DNA of 57,535 bases, counting the filler, from Squatina squatina (lineage: Eukaryota): NCBI GenBank assembly GCA_031763465.1. It is 4 parts of 3 records of this genome, joined end to end, with 100 filler letters (N's around TTAATTAATTAA, not from the genome) between each part and the next. Parts side by side here need not be neighbours in the genome. Positions count along the whole stretch, not along the records: positions 42,464 to 57,535 come from JARFOE010000162.1; 3 more parts are not named here. One strand, 5' to 3'. Every line of letters begins with the position of its first letter. Within the stretch, counting starts at the first letter, position 1. The notes below the pieces were generated by a model. That model was not told where the DNA came from. It made no database searches and worked only from the letters and a program-made list of their open reading frames with translations. A program made the position numbers and the translations under genes. Shown here in pieces: positions 48,901 to 57,535 of the stretch.

Positions 48901-51900
48901 AGTACAGTAAACCTGTCAGACAGGTTTTGCTATAATATTATAACAGGTAAAACTAGTCTCCTCCATGTCATTTAACTATCTAATTAAATCTTTTNNNNNN
49001 NNNNCAACTGAACCTATTTTCTCGAAGCCACTGCTTTGACAGAAAACAGAAGGCTCACTTTTTTGCAGTAAACTGAAGCTTTTTCCTGCTTTTTATTTTT
49101 CACAGGCAACCCATTAATGCACCCTATGGTCTGTTCCAACAGTTCAATTCGACTGCATGCACTACATCCATTTATTCTATAAACTTTTACAGATGTTGAT
49201 ATTCAAAGATTTTGACGTCACATTAATTTAGCTTTTGCAGCTGCTGTTATACTTTTAAGATAATTCTTCTTACCGCTTGTTTTCTGACTGTACGTTTGCA
49301 CAAAACAATTATATAAAATCTGAGCTAGGCTGATAATTGCATTCTTTCCTATGCTGATGTACTGTGGTGTGGTGGAGTCTATTTTGACTTTTGAGCCATT
49401 CCAGTGGCAAAGAGACCCTCGCGATTCAAAAGTCCTGGCCTCATTGAAATTGGCAGACGAGTTGTGGGGCGCCAAACAGGCATCCTGGTGCAGCTCGCTG
49501 AATTGTAGCACCAAACTCAGGCTGGGCAGCAGCTAGCAAGGTAAGTTGGGGAGGAGGAGAGTTTGGGGAGCAATGCTCCTTATAATTTTTTTCGTGTGTG
49601 GGCTCTTTAACTGGCTTCGTGGCCCATTCAAATTTTCACGCATGCACGGTTATTTCCATTGAAAAGCCAGTGAATGGCCTGCGCGGCTCCTCCAGGCCTC
49701 TGCGTGGCCATATGGCCCTAGCGGGAACATTGGTGGTGAGATCGTGATCCCGAAGGGTGAAGGGGTTACAGGGTGGCAGTAGCTGCCCAGGTTACTTTTG
49801 TGGACCCCAGAGGAACATTCCTGCTCTTCCAGGGCCCGTAAAAACAATTCAACACTTGGCTCTGGCGGGCCTGTTTCATTCCAACACCTGTGGAAATGGT
49901 CGGAGTATGCACGCTCCGCCCAGTTTTGACCTAAAGCGGCGGTTGGGGTCCTATTTACATTATAAAACTCTGATGTCCATACNNNNNNNNNNNNNNNNNN
50001 NNNNNNNNNNNNNNNNNNNNNNNNNNNNNNNNNNNNNNNNNNNNNNNNNNNNNNNNNNNNNNNNNNNNNNNNNNNNNNNNNNCATATTGTTGTGCTTATG
50101 AACTTCATGCAAATAACTGCCTCTGGAGGCTCTAGTGTTTGGCTCTGTGTTATTCAATATTTTTGTTTCCCCCAAAGACCATAGTCCCAAACAATAGTTT
50201 GCTTGCAGGTCATTCCAGGAATACTGTAACTCACCGGGCCACAGAGTGCCTGGATGCATCCTAATTTCACTGATGCTGCATTGTGTTATGTGGCCCTTTC
50301 CATTGTGTCATTTACTGGATTAGCCCAGCTCCTAATAATGTCCCTTTGTTCCTGTTGCAGGAAAGCAAGAGGAGAAGGAACTGCACTGAATCACAGCTCC
50401 AGCAACATTTCTTAGCCACAATTGGAGTCCTGTAAAATGTATGGAGCAATAAGTCTGCCAAGGGCCTGGATGGAGGGGAAGGAGGCTCTGATTGGGCACT
50501 GGGCCATATTAAGAGTTCAACTGGTCAAGTCATTACCAATACGTTGAGTATGTTCATTTTGTATTAACTCTAGAGAGTGCAACCTAAATCCCGCTGAGGT
50601 TTTTTTTTAGAAGATTTACTGTAAGCAATGTAATTTTAAGAAGACATATTCAAATGTTTATATATGTCTTCACTCCAACATTACTGTATATTTTTCTGCT
50701 GGAATTTTGGACAAAATTGTTTTTCCAGCAGGTTATGTTATTCTTTCACATTGTGCAGGTTTTCATTGTCAGGTTAAGCTAAATGTTTCCTGCATAAACA
50801 TTAAGGTATATCACAATAACATATGAACTGGAGATAATGAGATCTAAATGGAAAAACAACAAGTCAGATTGCAGTTATCGGCTAAGTGATAGATAGGCCA
50901 GAGATTCTCCATGAGCAGTTAGCAACAAACAGGCTAATATTGAGCGATCTTGTGCTTATATCATGATTTACTAAAGCAGGTGCCACTGTTTGTTAGTTTC
51001 TATCTTCCAAAGAGGGATAATTAAGCTNNNNNNNNNNNNNNNNNNNNNNNNNNNNNNNNNNNNNNNNNNNNNNNNNNNNNNNNNNNNNNNNNNNNNNNNN
51101 NNNNNNNNNNNNNNNNNNNNNNNNNNNGCAGCAACTTGGTAAGTGACCAGCTAGCTTTACCTGCCCTGTGCTGTTTCAGGCGATTAACTGGCTTCCATTT
51201 ACAAGTGACAGGATTTCGAGGGCTTGCGCTGCTTCACATTCATTGGCTGGCCAACTGTTTCCGGGAAACTACCCATTGGTTTTGCTCAGGGACTGAAAAC
51301 AGCAATACTACGGGTAAACCAGGAGGAGTGAATTCCCTCCAAAATGTTTAGTAATGCACAGTTTAGCACAAAAAGCAATTTTACTGATTGGTGCCTCATC
51401 AGATGTTATTTATAGGGTTGGAATGCTAATTGCAAGGGTCACTTTGTGAGACTGCTCCAGGATGTGATTATAGCACCTGTAAGGGAATATTGCTGAGTAT
51501 TACTATGTTGTTTGCTTCCTGCTCTGCAATAGAGAGGCCACCCTGTGAATACAGGAGCTTCAGCCAAGTCAAACTAATAATGGATTGGTCCTGTTTACTT
51601 TATATTTTCATTGTAGGCTGCCTAGTCTAGCTGGCAGAAGTGGTGGCTCTGCTATGAACAGAAAGCCCAGGGCAGGCTCCAGCATTTAGGACGACAATGC
51701 ACTAGGGCACCATGAGCCAGTTCCCAGGTTTTATCACACTTGTGCATCAACAGCAGCAATTAAAATATAACCGTAGAAGTACAACTGCTGTCAAAAATAT
51801 GGCAAGTTTATATTTTGCTTCAATCTGATACTATCGAGGAAAGTATTCAGGAGTCAACGTATATATATTTCCTGACTTCCCTTTTTCTTCTCCTTTACAT

Positions 51901-52159
51901 GGGTTTTTATGGGGATTTGACTGTCCCTGCAGAGTTTACAAGATTGTAAACGTTGATCCCTGCACTGTGGAGAGATGTGCTAAAGGGGATGGCCAGCCCC
52001 CTGACTGTACTTCACACTCTCTGCAGAATGAAAGAGCCATTGGCAGAACTTGGTGAGACAATCATGTAAACAATGACTAAAAAGCTCAAGAAATCCAATG
52101 GAAAACTTTGTGGGTGACCTATCAGTGGTAATATTCATAAACTGCATTACCTATTTCTT

Positions 52160-52356
52160 TCAACAACAACATGCATTTTAATAGCACCTTTAACATGGTA
52201 AAACATCCCAAGGTGCTTCATCAGGAGCGTTCTAATACAAGATATGACACCGAGCCGCATAAGGAGATATTAGGGTAGGTGACCAGATATTTGGTCAAAG
52301 AGGTAGGTTCTAAGGAGCGTCTTAACGGAGGAAGGAGGTAGAGAGGTGGAGAGGCT
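52160..52356 (-). mobile_element. L2 LINE 3'UTR fragment
   Basis: caacaacaacatgcattttaatagcacctttaacatggtaaaacatcccaaggtgcttca, matching the 17153 and 47620 copies. Confidence 0.8.
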
Positions 52357-54789
52357 NNNNNNNNNNNNNNNNNNNNNNNNNNNNNNNNNNNNNNNNNNNN
52401 NNNNNNNNNNNNNNNNNNNNNNNNNNNNNNNNNNNNNNNNNNNNNNNNNNNNNNNNTATGCTGCAGTGGCTGGGCTACAGTGAGTGTTGCTGGCTGTGGG
52501 AGGGGTGATTGATTGCCATTCAGAAGAGAGTTTAAAGCAACATGCAGTGAACTCTAATGGCTTCTTTTTGATACACTATAAGAAACATATTTTATCTGTG
52601 ACAGAATATTAATCACTATTGTTCCAATGTAGCTTTTTGCCTTGGCCTATCAAGGGCAATGCTAAACTTGCTGCTAATTTTATTTGGTAAATCAATGATA
52701 CTAAAGACTGTGTTTTTAATTAAAATAACCTCAAAACATGTCAGTTTATTTATTTGGAGATCTTCAAACATGTCTACCACAGACCGTGTACATTTGATCC
52801 AATTTATTAAAAATTAAATTGTATTGATTCAAAGAGTGATTTATTTTTTCCTCTGGGTAAATAAAATTTATACTGTACCGTGAAAACAATAACTGTAAGA
52901 ACATCATTCAGAAACTTTATTTTGCCGGGCTGGACACAAATTAGCTGCCAAGGAAGCAGGTCCTCTGCAGCCCACCCACAGGCCTAAGCCATCATGTCAA
53001 ACAGTGCCAAGTATGTGATTTATACGACTTGGACAGAAATTAAACTCCATACTGTCAAGGAAAATGGCCTCTACTTGGCCGTATGTTATACAAATGAAAC
53101 TGGAAGCACATTGTCTGGAAGATTAAGTTATTTTATACATTTTAGGAATTTGGATACAATTAGCGGCAGCGCTTGTTCATCCTGGATATTGTCTCTTGCC
53201 GGCTATATGTTTACGCTAGGGCAAGAGTGCAACCTTCAAATATTCCACTAATTTACTGTTGTGCATGTGTGTCTAAATGAAAGAAAGTTACATCTGAATT
53301 ATTACCTTCTCAGTCCTTTAAAATAATTCAGCTTCTTGTTAAAAATAGACAACCAGTTTATGGAATAGTATTTTGGTTTTAGTGTGCAAGGTCAAAGAGG
53401 CATCGCATCAACATGTATAACTCAACTTTAATATTGGCTTTGATAATGGACTAGATTTTGTGGTCGAAGTAACGATGAGGCTATCAGCGCTCACAGTTAT
53501 TTACGTGGNNNNNNNNNNNNNNNNNNNNNNNNNNNNNNNNNNNNNNNNNNNNNNNNNNNNNNNNNNNNNNNNNNNNNNNNNNNNNNNNNNNNNNNNNNNN
53601 NNNNNNNNGTCGGGCTGGAGGAGGTTAGAGATAGGAAGGGGTGTAGGGGTTGGAGGAGGTTACACAGATAGGGAGGGGCGCTGCCTGAACGCACTGAACC
53701 CATGTGCCACCAACTCCACCTTACAAAAGTGGCCAATCTTCACTCATGAGCCTAGACAGTAGGCCAATCAAACAGCAGAGCTTTGCTGTCAAACCTGACA
53801 CTACCCTCATCAGACATCCACATAACCAATCCTATTATGGCTCAGTTAGGTGTTGGCCTTGCCAGTAACTTTGACTAAAATTTAAACTTCTATTGAATAG
53901 TTTCAAGAGGAAGGACCAAGGCTTTAAATGCCAATTTTTTGACCTAATACCCATCCTATTAAAGCAAAACAGAAATGCACTAGGACACCGGTGACGAGAG
54001 TGGTGAAGCATGGCTTTATTGCCAGGAGATGCCTATTTTACTTGGATCACTGTGGGAGGTGTTGCGTTGAGCGCAGTCACCTGTGTTAGCTTAACAAGCA
54101 CAGAAAAATTATAGGAGTCATCACCAGACCGCACCTCCTCGCAACCAGTTCAGAGCAGCATTTGCAGAGCCCTATAAGCAGAGTGCCACAGCTGTTGTGC
54201 GGCCTAAGGAAAAAGAGGGTTCACATCTTCCAAGAGAAAAAAAAAATCAGTGGGCAACCTCTTTTCGCAAGAGGGGAGGGAGAAAGAAAACTGATTTTTT
54301 TTTTTAAAATGCACAGTATTCAATCAAGCTATCCGCACACTCACTATTTCAATGCTATATTTTGCATACCCTACACCCTCTTTCTACAAAAAGGTGTGGC
54401 GCTCAGTGGTACAAAGCTCAATTAACTTCATCAGAGGAATTCCATGACCGGCTAGCAGAATGTACTACTTCCAAGCAAGAATGGGCCATCCTTCCACAGA
54501 GATCTGTCCTTCAAAAAACAACTGCCAAAATGCCTCCAATGTGAAGACAATTGATATCAAGTTTCCCAGTAAAAAGTAAAAGGTGGGATTTCACCTGTCA
54601 GTTTCCAGTACTCAGGATACCATTTAAATGGCAATTCTGTGAAACAGTCTGGAACGGCAAGAAAAGTTTTCTTCTAAATGCTTTCAAATCCCACTTGTAG
54701 CACATTCAACATGAAGACAAACTAATTTCCCTCAGGGGAAAAAAGTGAACTAACATAATGAACATCAACGAGGACAGAATTATTTTTTG

Positions 54790-55010
54790 ATCTGTACAGC
54801 TACTTATGTAGGGAAATGCAGCAGCTAATCCATGCCTGAGTAATCGGTTTTGGGGGTGGTGGAAGAATAAATGTTTGCCAGGAAACCAGGAAGACTGACA
54901 TGCTCTAATTCGAATACTGCCATGGGATATTTTACATCAATCTTAACAGGCAGACAGGGCTTCAGTTTAACATCTCATCCAAAAGTACTGCACTTGAGTG
55001 TCAGCCTAGA
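54790..55010 (-). mobile_element. Degraded DeuSINE
   Basis: tgccatgggatattttacatc...gcagacagggcttcagtttaacatctcatcc...gtactgcacttgagtgtcagcctag. Confidence 0.7.
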
Positions 55011-57535
55011 TTGATAACTAGAGATTGTTCGAAAGTTTAAAAAAAGAGAATCTTAATATAGACATAAAAAGGCAGCTGACACGGGAACTGGAAGTGCAGA
55101 GTGCAGCTCGGTGAGTCAATTGTTGAGTGAAATTGACTAGGGGGTAGTCACTGTGATGACTCCCTCAGATATAGGAAAGAATGTGTTACATCACAGCCAT
55201 GGTTTCAGTGCTTAACTCTGATGGCTGAGGTTCTAAGTTCATGTCACAGTGGGGGCCTCAGCATAGTCTGGCAGTACTGACACCACAAGGGCTGTATGAG
55301 CACTAACCGTTGAAACAGCCCCGAGATAAAACTTCAAAGTCCACTCACACCTTTCGTGGATGCTGACAGATTAGAAACTTAACCATAACTGGCTTGCTAA
55401 AAGGTTACACTATCTGCATTTTTTCCTATTCAATAAGGAACGCGCACATTGGAGCAGATCTTAAATTTTATGCGCAGAATACGTACAGATTCATTTGACG
55501 GTAATTTAAACTAATTGATGTGAACTGACTAATGCCTTTAGGTGTTGGAGCTGCCTCTACATTTAGACCCACAGTGACTGTGGCACGGTTCACTGCCTTG
55601 CCTGGGTTTATACTGCCGATTCACAGACTTGAAGTAGTCACACGAACTGGTCAAGTACAAAAGGCACAGAGCTATTACGACGTCTGGATTTCAGAAGAAA
55701 ACTCCACGGCTCTGATCNNNNNNNNNNNNNNNNNNNNNNNNNNNNNNNNNNNNNNNNNNNNNNNNNNNNNNNNNNNNNNNNNNNNNNNNNNNNNNNNNNN
55801 NNNNNNNNNNNNNNNNNTTGAAAGCATTATCAACTCAATGGGTATTAAAGGGCCAGTGGAAAACTACAGGGAGTTGAAAAGTGACACACTTATTTTTCCA
55901 CAAATAACTTCCAATCCTCTCCTATCTAAACGGAGGGTTGAAGGTCAATTTTTACTCCCATTGAAAAACAATGGAAGCTTTAACTTACTGATTCTCTTTC
56001 ATACATCTGAGGGCTCCAAGTTTTCTTTGTATAGATATACTAAAGGCATTCTATAGATTAGGTACGTTTTAGTGCTGCCTTAATCCTTTGATTTCTCTCC
56101 CTATATCTAACATGACTAGTGAGCCGCCCCCATACATGACCATAGTGGTTTGACCCCAAGCAGAATTAGAGAAATACACAGCACAATGGGACATTTCTAG
56201 TAGGTAAATGTTTTCACTTGAAACTATTCAGACCAGGGCAGTCTCAGGTTTGATTGCCAATCCGTTCTGGGTTAGCTGATTTTCGATGAGACAGCAAGAG
56301 GGGCCAATAATTGGCCTCAGTGTCCCTGTTCTCACATTGCCTCTACAGAATAGCAGAATAGTTCAAAAGCAGGGTAACAATGTATGATGAGATACTTAAG
56401 ATGTTTTTATATTGCTCTTGGGCTCTGGTAGAGCAGTGTTCTAGTGGAGACCTATAAGCTTTGAGAATAATTTCCTTCATGTTTGTACTTTACGCCATTG
56501 GTCCTCAGTTGTAGGGCTGAATAAAAAGAGGTGCTTGTTTTCTGTACTTCTGACCTCTACTTCCTGAGTGCATGAAAAGTTGTGTCCTGGACACCATTGG
56601 TGGCATAGAACTGGCCTGGTTTAATTTGGGATGTCCTGTGAATGGTGGGAGCATCACACTGCAGCCATTGTTGGAATTGTGTCTAAAGCAGAGTGCACAG
56701 GTATTTTGATGAATAACAAATGAGAGATTGTGTGACAATTCAGTAGAATACTTTTAACCTTTAAATTAATCAAGCAAACATGTGCGAAATTTTGTGACCA
56801 GTAATTATTGTACCATGTTAATATTATGAAAGCTAACTCTTAATACTTTTAGTGAAAGAATAANNNNNNNNNNNNNNNNNNNNNNNNNNNNNNNNNNNNN
56901 NNNNNNNNNNNNNNNNNNNNNNNNNNNNNNNNNNNNNNNNNNNNNNNNNNNNNNNNNNNNNNNTAGCAATAGACGTCACCACAAAAGAATAGACAACTTT
57001 CGGTAACCATTAAGCAGCTGCATGTTCCTGTCACCTTGAGCAGAAGGGCTGTATTGGCAGAGCTGTCTCCAGACGCTTAGCGATCTTATAGTGAGACATA
57101 ACCTGAGCTCAGCCTTTGGTTGCACTAACCTTTGGTGCCTAGGCTGCAATGGTTTCTCTGTAGAGCCTGATTTTAATTTATAAAACGATTGAGCATTTCC
57201 TTAATTCATAGTCTCATGATAATTTCAAGATTGAAACACAAGACATAAATAAAACTGGGCACACAAGGTTAAAAATTTTGGTGCTTAACAGCACCCATTA
57301 CAGGCATAATATGGAGAAAAAATGGCGGTGGCTGCCCTTCCGCCAGCTGGTGGCAGGTCCTGCAGATGCCGCCATTTTGCGAGCATCAGCAGTGCTGCTA
57401 GTAAAAGTGTTGACCCTGGAAATATAAAGAGGGAGAGAGTGACGTGACACTGACTTAATGACACCTCAGCAAACTTGGGCCTTAGCGCTGAGTTCAGCGA
57501 TGGGTCCTAAGCTCGCCATGAAAACCTAGCTTTTA

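Overview
This is vertebrate genomic DNA from a fragmented draft assembly. The repeat content (DeuSINE/SacSINE1-like SINEs, CR1, L2, RTE, Tx1, Penelope) suggests a cartilaginous fish, probably a shark; this is an inference. The window is not one locus. Three artificial linkers (44 N + TTAATTAATTAA + 44 N) join four unrelated scaffolds: A 1-14843, B 14944-28459, C 28560-42363, D 42464-57535. A holds TE fragments, AT-rich enhancer-like DNA and one unidentified candidate spliced exon pair on the minus strand. B holds five visible exons of PLEKHG1 (RhoGEF DH-PH, minus strand), with other exons lost in 100-N gaps. C holds FOXF1 exon 1 (complete forkhead domain, minus strand) and a FoxF-type 3'UTR; the exon 2 CDS is not visible. 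D holds the first exons of RBBP8NL (CtIP N-terminal-like) and one CABLES2 exon, both missed by the ORF track, in the same order and strand as in human. The most notable observations are (1) a Penelope-like element with ~66-bp inverted ends and a minimal hammerhead ribozyme, plus a ~100-bp solo copy of that ribozyme module inserted into a CR1 with an 11-bp target-site duplication; (2) an RBBP8NL that keeps the CtIP tetramerisation motif; (3) a SINE/L2 partner pair sharing a 3' tail. I found no evidence of a wholly new multi-gene system, and no prokaryotic, CRISPR, rRNA or tRNA genes. Family assignments come from recalled protein and repeat motifs, not database searches. TE boundaries are approximate.
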